From positions 6,648 to 70,647 of the forward strand of contig JAQTRU010000001.1 of assembly GCA_028711655.1 (NCBI GenBank): 64,000 nt of DNA, read 5' to 3'. Shown one piece after another: positions 53,260 through 62,160 of this stretch (positions within the stretch are counted from its first letter, which is position 1; every line of letters starts with the position of its first letter). The DNA comes from Patescibacteria group bacterium. Its GTDB lineage: Bacteria; Patescibacteriota; Patescibacteriia; Patescibacteriales; JAQTRU01. A program made the translations under genes and the position numbers. The notes beneath the pieces are model-generated. The model made no database searches. It had not been told where the DNA came from and saw only the letters and a program-made list of their open reading frames with translations.

Positions 53260-55374
53260 ATGAATATAAAAAAACAACAACTTCTGGAACTCCTTGAAAT
53301 CCATTATGGTTTTAAAAATTTCTGGCCGGGCCAGGAAAAAGCCATTGATAATATTTTAGCCGGTTTAAGTTCGGTCGTTATTATGCCGACCGGCGGGGGC
53401 AAATCTTTAATTTACCAACTCCCGGCTCTAATCTTGGACGGAGTCACGATTGTTATTTCTCCTTTAATCGCTTTAATGAAAGACCAGGTGGACAATTTGA
53501 AAAAAGTCGGCATCCCGGCCAATTTTGTCAATTCTTCAATTTCTCCCGATGAGACTTATGAACGGCTGGAAGAGGTGAAAAAAAATCAGTATAAGCTTCT
53601 TTTTATTGCCCCGGAAAGATTTTATAATCAGGAATTCGTAAAAACCCTAACGGACATCAAAGTAAGTTTATTTGCCATAGACGAAGCTCATTGCATCAGC
53701 CAATGGGGACATGATTTCCGTCCCAGTTATTTAAAGTTAAAGAACGCCCTTGACCTAATTGGCAATCCGCCGGTGGTGGCTTTAACCGCGACCGCCACGC
53801 CGGAAGTCCGGGAAGATATTGTAAAGCAGCTTAATTTAAAAAACCCGGAACTGATAATAACCGGCTTTGCCCGGCCAAACCTCCAATTCGGAGTTATTCA
53901 AGCCAGTGACGCGCAAAAACCCAGTCTGGTTTTGGATGCTTTAAAATCTACCGAAGGATCCGGAATTGTTTATGTGGGCACCCGAGCCAAAGCCGATGAC
54001 TTGGCCCGGACTTTGCTGGAAGAAGATATTCCGGCCGTGGTCTATCATGCCGGCATGGATCCTTCTGACAGAACCTGGGTGCAGGAAAATTTTATGGCGG
54101 GAAAAGTAAAGGTAATTGTGGCCACTAACGCTTTTGGCTTGGGAATTGATAAAAAAGATATCCGCTTTGTCATCCATTATGACATGCCCGGAACGATCGA
54201 AGCTTATTATCAGGAAGCGGGCCGGGCGGGGCGGGACGGCAAACCCAGCTTTTGCCTCCTTCTTTACTCTCCCCGCGACCGTTATTTGCGCGAATTCTTT
54301 ATCAAAGGCGATAACCCTCCGCCTAATATCATCTTGGAAATCTACAAAATTTTAACTGACTACGAGTCAGATACGGTTTTAATCACTTATGCCGACTTGG
54401 CCGAAATGCTTTCAGACAACGTCCCGGAAATGGCTATCGGCACCTCTTTAAAAATCCTGGAACGGGAAGGATATATCAGCCGGCCCAACGAAAAAACCGC
54501 TAATGCTTTTTTAAAGCTAAGCAAGGATTTTGCCTCTGTTCTAGACTCCTTTGGCAGCCGGGCTAAAACCAAAATTGATATATTCCACAAGCTCTATGAC
54601 CGCTTCGGGCAAGATTTAGAAGCTGGCTGGAATTTTTCTTTTGAAGAAGCCGCCGGCATGATTAAAGTAAAAAAGGAGTCTTTTGTCCGTTTAGCGCGCC
54701 ATCTGGCGGAAAATAATTTAGCCGAATATCAACCGCCGTTTCGGGGAACAGAAATTAACATTTTAAAAAGGGTTGATCCGGGCGAACTAAAAATTGATTT
54801 CACCGCCTTAAAAGAAAAATTAAAAAGAGCTTATGCCAAGTTGGACAAAATGGAAGACTATATTTATTATTTTGGCTGTCGGCAGGAATATATTTTGAAA
54901 TATTTCGGGGACGCCAATGCCAAAACCTGCGGAAAATGCGATAACTGCTTAACTGCCGGCGGCTACGAAAGGAAGCGCCAACAGCCGCGGGGAAAAAATC
55001 GTGAGGAAAAAATTTCTAAAAATAATTTGGATGACATGGTGGAAAAACCGAGTTCCAAACCGGCCTTGAGCACGAAATTAACCCAGCTGGAAACTTTTGA
55101 CTTATACAATAAAGGCCTGGCGATTGAGGCTATTGCCGAGGAGCGGAAATTAACCGTTGGCACAATTGTCGGGCATCTTATTTTTTTAATGGAAAAGAAA
55201 CTAATTAGATTTGAAGAGATTAATAAATTAGTTGACAATAATAAGCAAAAAAAAATAAAAGCCGCTATAGCCAAAGTCGGCGCGGAAAAATTAAACCCAA
55301 TAAAGGAAATCGTCGGGGAAGAAATCAGCTACGAAGAAATAAAATTAGTTTTAGCAAAAAAGAAAAATTCTTAA
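53260..55374 (+). CDS. recQ: RecQ family DNA helicase
   Basis: [42 protein letters not shown]-terminal HTH. Confidence 0.95.
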   Translation: MNIKKQQLLELLEIHYGFKNFWPGQEKAIDNILAGLSSVVIMPTGGGKSLIYQLPALILDGVTIVISPLIALMKDQVDNLKKVGIPANFVNSSISPDETYERLEEVKKNQYKLLFIAPERFYNQEFVKTLTDIKVSLFAIDEAHCISQWGHDFRPSYLKLKNALDLIGNPPVVALTATATPEVREDIVKQLNLKNPELIITGFARPNLQFGVIQASDAQKPSLVLDALKSTEGSGIVYVGTRAKADDLARTLLEEDIPAVVYHAGMDPSDRTWVQENFMAGKVKVIVATNAFGLGIDKKDIRFVIHYDMPGTIEAYYQEAGRAGRDGKPSFCLLLYSPRDRYLREFFIKGDNPPPNIILEIYKILTDYESDTVLITYADLAEMLSDNVPEMAIGTSLKILEREGYISRPNEKTANAFLKLSKDFASVLDSFGSRAKTKIDIFHKLYDRFGQDLEAGWNFSFEEAAGMIKVKKESFVRLARHLAENNLAEYQPPFRGTEINILKRVDPGELKIDFTALKEKLKRAYAKLDKMEDYIYYFGCRQEYILKYFGDANAKTCGKCDNCLTAGGYERKRQQPRGKNREEKISKNNLDDMVEKPSSKPALSTKLTQLETFDLYNKGLAIEAIAEERKLTVGTIVGHLIFLMEKKLIRFEEINKLVDNNKQKKIKAAIAKVGAEKLNPIKEIVGEEISYEEIKLVLAKKKNS

Positions 55375-55544
55375 TTTTTTAGAAATTTAGGGACTTAGTC
55401 GCCACAAAGGCGACTAAGTCCCTTATAAATTCAAACTTGACTTTCTGCCAAAATTAACCTAAAATACTATCAGATAACCAAGGGGGATTTATTAATCGCT
55501 CTTTTTATTTTTGCTTAAATCTAAAAACAGAAAAGAGGTGAGCC

Positions 55545-56762
55545 ATGCCAAGGGATGCTTACAAGAATGAAGTGATTGACCCGGGTGACCAGGCTTCGCA
55601 ATTGGCGAAAGAAGTATGCTTTGAGAGCCATAAAAATTGTCCGGCCGTTAGAATTATTGCCCATCAGCCAGGAAATTTCAGGGGGCCGGTTGGTTTTAAC
55701 TGGCAGCCGCATATCCTAAGAGCGATGGCCGAAGGAACGGAAATTTCCTGGAAACTGCTTGAGGAAATAGAAACTGACGGCGCTGGCGGCAAACCGCAAT
55801 TTTTCGCTCTTATCGGCACCCCTGAAGTCTTCCACGGTCTGGGGTGGGAAATTATTTGCATGACCGCCGATGATTTCACCCGGTCCGGAAGATTCCCGAC
55901 TATCATGAATAACACCATTGACACCAAGAGGGTAGTAGAAAAAAATTTCCATCTAGTAAAGGCCTTGTTCGAAGGCTTTGGGGAAGCTTTGCGAATAGCC
56001 GGTTTAGTTAATATTACCGGTGAATTCGCTATTATGAAACACAGTGTGACCGCTTTTTGCGACACCGACGAAGATGGCCAGTTAATCCTTAACTGGAGCG
56101 CGTCTTGCTTGGGCCTCTGCCATCATGACAGACTTATAGACGGCTCTAAAATCAAACCGGGTATGCCGATTATCGGGTTTGAAGAAAATGGCTATCGGTG
56201 CAACGGCGGTACTTTTTTCACTAATCTTATCCTCGCCCATTGGGGCCCGGATATAAAAAAAATTTTGGGAAACCAAACCGCCATTGAGTTTACCCGGAAA
56301 CTGACTGTTCCTTCGGTCTATTACGGGAAAACCTTAATAAGGGTGAATGGTTGGAATCCCGACGGCAGTATCGCAGATCCGATCGTAAACATGGCTGGTA
56401 TTGCCCACATCACCGGCGGAGGAATTTGGGGCAAATTCCGGGAACTTTTGCCGGAAGGTGTTGGGGCGAATCTGAACACAATGCCAAAACCTCCGGAAAT
56501 TTTGCGGGAAGCGCAAGAGCTGTCGTTGAGTCATAAGGGATTAGAGTTATCCGATCTTCAGGCCCATGGCACTTTTCACGGCGGTTGCGGAATGATCGTG
56601 GTTTGCGCCTCGGAAAAGGACGCTGACACTCTCATCGAAGAGGCCGCCAAAGACGGAATTCGAGCCAACAGAATTGGCGAAACTACTGAGTCGCCAATGC
56701 GAGAAGTTATAATCAACTCACAATTCAAAGAAGGCCGAATTCTTTCATCAAACGAACTGTAA
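55545..56762 (+). CDS. purM: Divergent AIR synthase (PurM-like)
   Basis: TDGAGGK, MTADD, TGEFA, RCNG, AHITGGG, TFHGGCGM. Confidence 0.75.
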   Translation: MPRDAYKNEVIDPGDQASQLAKEVCFESHKNCPAVRIIAHQPGNFRGPVGFNWQPHILRAMAEGTEISWKLLEEIETDGAGGKPQFFALIGTPEVFHGLGWEIICMTADDFTRSGRFPTIMNNTIDTKRVVEKNFHLVKALFEGFGEALRIAGLVNITGEFAIMKHSVTAFCDTDEDGQLILNWSASCLGLCHHDRLIDGSKIKPGMPIIGFEENGYRCNGGTFFTNLILAHWGPDIKKILGNQTAIEFTRKLTVPSVYYGKTLIRVNGWNPDGSIADPIVNMAGIAHITGGGIWGKFRELLPEGVGANLNTMPKPPEILREAQELSLSHKGLELSDLQAHGTFHGGCGMIVVCASEKDADTLIEEAAKDGIRANRIGETTESPMREVIINSQFKEGRILSSNEL

Positions 56763-56925
56763 TTTACGGAACAAAAAAGAGGGCGGACTTGTTTTTCCGC
56801 CCTTTTCTTTTTACCTGAAAAATGATAGTTTTAAATCAGACAACTTTTATTAATCTCCCGATTTACGCGTTCTTTCGCGCTGGTCCGTATAAGTCCGCGA
56901 AAATTCGCATAAGTCAATGTCCGAT

Positions 56926-57633
56926 ATGGATAAGCAAACCCAAAAAAATCTGCTAAATCTGGTCAAAGCTAACTACGAGGAAATTTCTGGCCAATTTAAC
57001 CAAACCCGAAAAAAATATTTATGGCCGGAACTAATTAAGTTAACGGAAAAAATTAAAACCGGGGATAAAATTTTAGATGTGGGTTGCGGCAACGGCCGCT
57101 TGCTGGAAGCGTTTAAAAATAAAAGGATTGACTACTTGGGGATTGACTCTAGTGAAAATCTTATAGAACACGCCAAAAAACTTCATCCTAAAAATAAATT
57201 TATTGTCGGTGATATTTTGGATTTAGGCAAAATCCCGGAAATAAACTTTGATTATGTTTTCTCCATTGCCCTTTTTCATCATCTCCCCGGTGATGATTTA
57301 CGGATCGCCGCCTTAAGGCAGTTGAAAAATAAAGTGGGCGAAGAGGGAAAAATAATCATTGCGGTCTGGAATCTATGGAGCCAGGCGAAATTCAGAAAAT
57401 TAATTTTTAAATTCACTTTGCTCAAAATAATTAAAAAAAATCTGCCCGCGGGCAGAATGGATTTTGGCGATATTTTGTTTGACTGGAAAAGTCCGGATGG
57501 CAAGGCCCAAAGCCGACGCTACTACCATGCTTTCACAAAAATGGAATTAAGAAAAATCATAAAAAAAGCTGGTTTAAAAATTGAAAAACTATACAAAGAT
57601 AAATATAATTATTACGCGATTTTAAAAAAATAA
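56926..57633 (+). CDS. Class I SAM-dependent methyltransferase
   Basis: ILDVGCGNGRL, SIALFHHLP, RYYHAF. Confidence 0.88.
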   Translation: MDKQTQKNLLNLVKANYEEISGQFNQTRKKYLWPELIKLTEKIKTGDKILDVGCGNGRLLEAFKNKRIDYLGIDSSENLIEHAKKLHPKNKFIVGDILDLGKIPEINFDYVFSIALFHHLPGDDLRIAALRQLKNKVGEEGKIIIAVWNLWSQAKFRKLIFKFTLLKIIKKNLPAGRMDFGDILFDWKSPDGKAQSRRYYHAFTKMELRKIIKKAGLKIEKLYKDKYNYYAILKK

Positions 57634-57671
57634 TTTAATTTAATGGCTCTTTCAACAACGGGAGGTATAAT

Positions 57672-58970
57672 ATGAAAGTTTTGGTCATCGGTTTAGGCGG
57701 GAGAGAAAGCTCTTTGGCACGGGAAATTCGTAAATCAAGTTTGGTGGACAGAATTTTCTGCGCTCCGGGGAATGCTGGCACCGGCCAAATAGCCAGAAAT
57801 GTTGCTATTGGAGCAAACGAAATCCAAAAACTGGCAGAATTCGCCCAAGCAGAGGCAATTGATTTAACAATTGTCGGCCCGGAAGTGCCTTTAGTCAACG
57901 GCATTGTGGACAAATTTACGGCCGCGGGTTTACTGATTTTTGGACCATCAAAAAAAGCGGCCCGGCTGGAAAGCTCAAAAGTTTTTACTAAACAGCTCCT
58001 TAGAGAGATTGGGGTGCCGACAGCGGAATTTGAGGTATTTACCGATGCTAGCATGGCCGCTAGCAGGATTGGCCGTTGTTTAAGAAACTTCGGATTGCCA
58101 ATAGTAATAAAAGTTGATGGTTTAGCCGCCGGCAAAGGGGCGATGGTATGTCATACTGCAGAAGAAGTCTCTGCGGTTTTGGTTAGGATCAAGGGAGGAG
58201 AATTTGGCCCAGCTGGAAAAAAATTCCTGATAGAAAAATTTCTCCCCGGCGAAGAGATTTCCTACATTGTCTTGGTTGACAAAAATGGGCATATTCTCCC
58301 GCTCGCCACATCGCAAGACCACAAAACTATTTTTGATCATGATAGCGGAATATTCCCAAATCCCAATACCGGGGGCATGGGAGCTATTTCACCATCTCCG
58401 ATTGTAACTCCGGAACTGGAAAAACTAATTCTCGCCGAAATTATCAGACCCACCATTGAAGCCATGGCGAAAAAAGGCATCCCTTTTACCGGCGTGCTTT
58501 ATGCCGGTCTGATGATTGATGAGGCGGGCAATCCGAGTGTTTTGGAGTTTAATTGCCGTTTTGGCGACCCGGAAACCCAGCCAATTTTGGCCCGGATGAG
58601 ATCTGATCTAATTGACGTTATCTTAAAAGCTCTAGAAGGTAATTTGGATAAAGTCAAAATAGATTGGGACCCCAGACCGGCAGTTTGCGTAGTAATGGCT
58701 TCCGACGGTTACCCCGGTACCTACGAAAAGGGTTACCTAATTTCCGGCCTTAAAGAAGCGGCAAAAACCGGATCTATAATTGACCACGCCGGAACAGCTT
58801 TAGACCGCCACGGCAGAATCATAACTGCCGGCGGAAGAGTCCTTGGAGTAACAGCCCTGGGAGACGATTTTCAGCAAGCGCGAACAAACGCTTACCAGGC
58901 GGTAAAAAAAATATCTTGGCCCGGATGTCACTTCCGGCAAGATATCGGCTGGCAAGGGTTTGAAAAATAA
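57672..58970 (+). CDS. purD: Phosphoribosylamine-glycine ligase
   Basis: GGRE, APGNAG, GLAAGKG, SQDHK, NTGGMG, EFNCRFGDPE, GGRVL. Confidence 0.95.
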   Translation: MKVLVIGLGGRESSLAREIRKSSLVDRIFCAPGNAGTGQIARNVAIGANEIQKLAEFAQAEAIDLTIVGPEVPLVNGIVDKFTAAGLLIFGPSKKAARLESSKVFTKQLLREIGVPTAEFEVFTDASMAASRIGRCLRNFGLPIVIKVDGLAAGKGAMVCHTAEEVSAVLVRIKGGEFGPAGKKFLIEKFLPGEEISYIVLVDKNGHILPLATSQDHKTIFDHDSGIFPNPNTGGMGAISPSPIVTPELEKLILAEIIRPTIEAMAKKGIPFTGVLYAGLMIDEAGNPSVLEFNCRFGDPETQPILARMRSDLIDVILKALEGNLDKVKIDWDPRPAVCVVMASDGYPGTYEKGYLISGLKEAAKTGSIIDHAGTALDRHGRIITAGGRVLGVTALGDDFQQARTNAYQAVKKISWPGCHFRQDIGWQGFEK

Positions 58971-59032
58971 TAAGTTTTTTCAGAAAACAAAAAGCAGCCC
59001 TTAATAGCCATAGGCTGCTTTTTTTAATTTTT

Positions 59033-59329
59033 TTAGTTTCTCAACTCCCCTAAAACTTCCTTTATATCTTTTAAATCCCCTTCTGTTAAGCCCAGTTTTA
59101 ACCGATTCTGATAAAGCCGGTATGATTCATTCCTTAAATTAACGGAAGAAATGCCAATTCCCTTCCTTAAGTAAGACTTATATTTTTTCACTAAATCCAA
59201 AATAATTTTTCTATTGGCGCTTCCTAAATTTCTGTAACGATAATTATTTCTTACCAGCTCATTCAATTTCCTTTCAAATTCATAATCTTTTAAATTTTTG
59301 GCGTTAGCCATTAAATCTTTTATATCCAT
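59033..59329 (-). CDS. Hypothetical protein
   Basis: 98-aa ORF with ATG start, downstream of tRNA-Gly. Confidence 0.6.
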   Translation of the reverse strand: MDIKDLMANAKNLKDYEFERKLNELVRNNYRYRNLGSANRKIILDLVKKYKSYLRKGIGISSVNLRNESYRLYQNRLKLGLTEGDLKDIKEVLGELRN

Positions 59330-59514
59330 AATGCGACAATTGACAATTAACTATTAACAATTAATAGTTAATTGTCAAGTGTCAATTGTCGTTATGAGCG
59401 GGTAATCCCGCAAAGTTCGCTATCGCTCACTACGGGACGGGCGGGAATTGAAAAGAATTCTTCAAAAAATTCTGAAATCTAAAATCTGAAATCTAAAATC
59501 TGAAATTAACAGGG

Positions 59515-59587
59515 AGCGGGTAGGGGGAATCGAACCCCCATCTTCAGCTTGGAAGGCTAACATAATAAACCATTATACGATACCCGC
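59515..59587 (-). tRNA. tRNA-Gly(TCC)
   Basis: GCGGGTA...TTAGC CT TCC AA GCTGA...GGGGG TTCGATT CCCCC TACCCGC T. Confidence 0.93.
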
Positions 59588-59633
59588 AGAAATCAATTTT
59601 CAATTTTAAATTTTCAATTTTAAATTACCTAAA

Positions 59634-60452
59634 CTATCCAATCTTTTTATCTTTTTTAATCTTATAGACTAAAAGAACAAAAGTCAATAAGATGATAATC
59701 AAGCTGGCAATCTGGGGAAATCTTAAATTCCAGATAACCGGGGTTTCGTCTATCCTGATAAATTCTAAACTGAAACGCAAAACAGAATACGTTATTAGAT
59801 AAAAAATAAAAAATAAAAAATAAAAAAAAATTTTAAACTGCCCTTTTTTTATAACCCAAACATGGAAAGAAATTAAAATTAGAAAAATTAAAAAATTGCC
59901 GATTGATTCATACAAAAATGTCGGGTGAAAAAAATCCGAGGAAATATATTCAAGCGGCCGCCCCATAATATCAATCGGAATGCCCCAGTCTAAATTAGTC
60001 GGCTTGCCAAAAAGCTCCCTATTAAAATAATTACCCCACCGGCCAATGGCCTGCGCCAAAGCCAGCCCCGGCGCTATCACGGCGGCCAAAAGCCAAAAAT
60101 TTAAATTGCGCTTTCGGGCGAAAAACCAGATTACAAATAAACCGGCAATAATCGCCCCGTGGATTGCCAGCCCACCCTGCCAGACCTTAAAAATATCCAA
60201 AGGATATTGCCAGTAATAAGGCAACTCCAAAAAAATATGATAAATTCGGGCGCCGATTATCCCCCCGAGAATCAGCCAAAAAGCCAAATCAACAATAGTT
60301 TCTTTTTTTAGGCCGTAATAGGAAGAAATCTTTAAGGCCGTAGCTATAGCGGCCAAAGACCCCAAAACAATAAAAAAACCATACCAATAAATATGGATAG
60401 GGCCGAAAGAAACTAAAATCGGATCAGGATTGAAGGTATGAAAAAAATTCAT
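59634..60452 (-). CDS. lgt: Prolipoprotein diacylglyceryl transferase
   Basis: IYWYG, GARIYH, WQGGLAIHG, GRWGNYFN, HPTFLYES, EFIRID. Confidence 0.95.
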   Translation of the reverse strand: MNFFHTFNPDPILVSFGPIHIYWYGFFIVLGSLAAIATALKISSYYGLKKETIVDLAFWLILGGIIGARIYHIFLELPYYWQYPLDIFKVWQGGLAIHGAIIAGLFVIWFFARKRNLNFWLLAAVIAPGLALAQAIGRWGNYFNRELFGKPTNLDWGIPIDIMGRPLEYISSDFFHPTFLYESIGNFLIFLILISFHVWVIKKGQFKIFFYFLFFIFYLITYSVLRFSLEFIRIDETPVIWNLRFPQIASLIIILLTFVLLVYKIKKDKKIG

Positions 60453-60726
60453 GTTCAAGACGTCAATTTATTTTTAAACCTTTAGATGAACCATTGATCC
60501 GAATTCTACTGTGCTTATCTTCACGAACTTTGAATTAATCCGAATGCCACGAATTAGTATTCGGAGCATTCGGATTATGGCAGGAAGATTTAAGTCCATA
60601 GGCAGAATTCGGATTAAAGGATTATCTAGGGGTTTAGAGCCGAAAAAATTTCTTCTACTTAGTATTATATAATAAAAAACCCAAATGAAAAAGCCGGAGA
60701 GTATTTTTTCCCCGGCTTTTTTGTGT

Positions 60727-60963
60727 TTATTGAAAAAATTTTTCTTCTTTGCTCCGATCGAAATCAGTAAATGCCGCCCAGTAAAAAACCAGGGCGCCCA
60801 CACACATCAGAGCTAAATACTGGACGTTAGCCCATTGCTGCTGCGGGTAAGGAAAGACCGGGGCATTAACCACTTTCAAAAAACAAAAAATAGTTATCGC
60901 AAGACCGAAAATGGAAACAGATATTCTTGCGACCATTCTCTTTGTGAGTGTTTTCTCCGCCAT
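60727..60963 (-). CDS. Small membrane protein (78 aa)
   Basis: AAAGGAGG SD, two TM helices, own TTGACA-17-TATGAT promoter and terminator. Confidence 0.6.
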   Translation of the reverse strand: MAEKTLTKRMVARISVSIFGLAITIFCFLKVVNAPVFPYPQQQWANVQYLALMCVGALVFYWAAFTDFDRSKEEKFFQ

Positions 60964-61108
60964 TGCATCCTCCTTTGGCTTTTGGAAAAAACTACTCACC
61001 CCCATGAGATATTTATATCATATCATATTTATCAAAATATGTCAATATAAGAAAAAAAGCCCGAATATTAAATAAAATTCAGGCTTTTTAATTTTTTCTT
61101 TTGACTTG

Positions 61109-61198
61109 TTAGCCACGGCTGCAAATTAACAAAAAAGCTACAACGGTCGCCAAAATAAGCGCCGCTTCCGGCCAATGTCTCTTAAAAAATTCTTTCAT
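61109..61198 (-). CDS. 29-aa membrane peptide MKEFFKRHWPEAALILATVVAFLLICSRG
   Basis: GAGGAG SD, one TM helix, downstream hairpin/T-run. Confidence 0.5.
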   Translation of the reverse strand: MKEFFKRHWPEAALILATVVAFLLICSRG

Positions 61199-61269
61199 CG
61201 CGCACTCCTCTTTTTTAAGGTTACATTGCCAAGATACCATTCTTAATTCTTAAATCTTAATTCCCCTAC

Positions 61270-61561
61270 GGTGGGGATAGAGACCTGCCTGCCGCGGCAG
61301 GCAGGGACTCGTCCCGCACGGGTTGCCCCACATGCTCCTAAGGCATGCGTGCCCCGCCTCATTTTAAAAAAATTTAACTATGAATACCACTGCTGGTGGG
61401 CAAGAAAGGACTCGAACCTTCACGCCTTTCGGCACATGCTCCTAAGGCATGCGTGTATACCAATTTCACCACTTGCCCATATTTTATACTAAAAATGAGG
61501 CGGGGTAAATATACCAAACTGTCCCGTCCCTTTTAAAGGCGCGGGGTTTCACTATATCCCC
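61270..61561 (-). pseudogene. Outer degenerate tRNA-Leu(TAG) enclosing the intact copy
   Basis: GGGGATA TA GTGAAA [insert] TTGGTATA [insert] CAC GCATGCC TTAGG AGCATG...CGAGTCCC [insert] CTATCCCC ACC. Confidence 0.75.
61394..61478 (-). tRNA. tRNA-Leu(TAG), CCA encoded
   Basis: GGGCAAG...GCATGCC TTAGG AGCATG, long variable arm, GGTTCGAGTCC...CTTGCCC A CCA. Confidence 0.95.
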
Positions 61562-61724
61562 CTTGCTCCTTTATTCTTAAACCAATTTGTATTTTATGTC
61601 AATGTTTTTATTATAGCAAAAATTGTGTTATGATAATAATATCCATAAATAATTAATTATCGCGTTCTTCCGCGTGAGTCCGCGTTAGTCAGTATAAGTC
61701 CGCGTGAGTCCGCAACAAAAAAAT

Positions 61725-62054
61725 ATGGCTAAACAAGAAAGTAAAAAAAATTCTGCCAATCCTGACGTAAAAACCAACAAAAACATTGCCGCCCTGTCTT
61801 ATGTCTGGATTCTCTGTTTAGTGCCGCTTTTAGGGAAAAAGGATTCTGAATTCGCCCAATTTCACGCCAAGCAAGGTTTGGTTTTGTTTGTCATAGAATT
61901 GGTGGCCGGATTATTTATCTGGTTCCCATTTTTCGGGCAACTTCTGATGCTGGCCCTGATTGTTGTTTCGGTGATGGGAATTGTCAAAACTTATAACGGA
62001 GAATGGTGGGAAATTCCCTTTATTTACGAATGGAGCAAAAAAATTAATTTATAA
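61725..62054 (+). CDS. DUF4870-like membrane protein
   Basis: AALSYVWILCLVP, FAQFHAKQGL, GEWWEIP. Confidence 0.8.
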   Translation: MAKQESKKNSANPDVKTNKNIAALSYVWILCLVPLLGKKDSEFAQFHAKQGLVLFVIELVAGLFIWFPFFGQLLMLALIVVSVMGIVKTYNGEWWEIPFIYEWSKKINL

Positions 62055-62160
62055 AAGTTACGAATTACAAATCTTATACAAATATTACAAATAATTAAAA
62101 AACGATTATTTTGGTATTTGTAAAATTTGTAATGAATTTGTAATTTGTAACTAAGACAAC

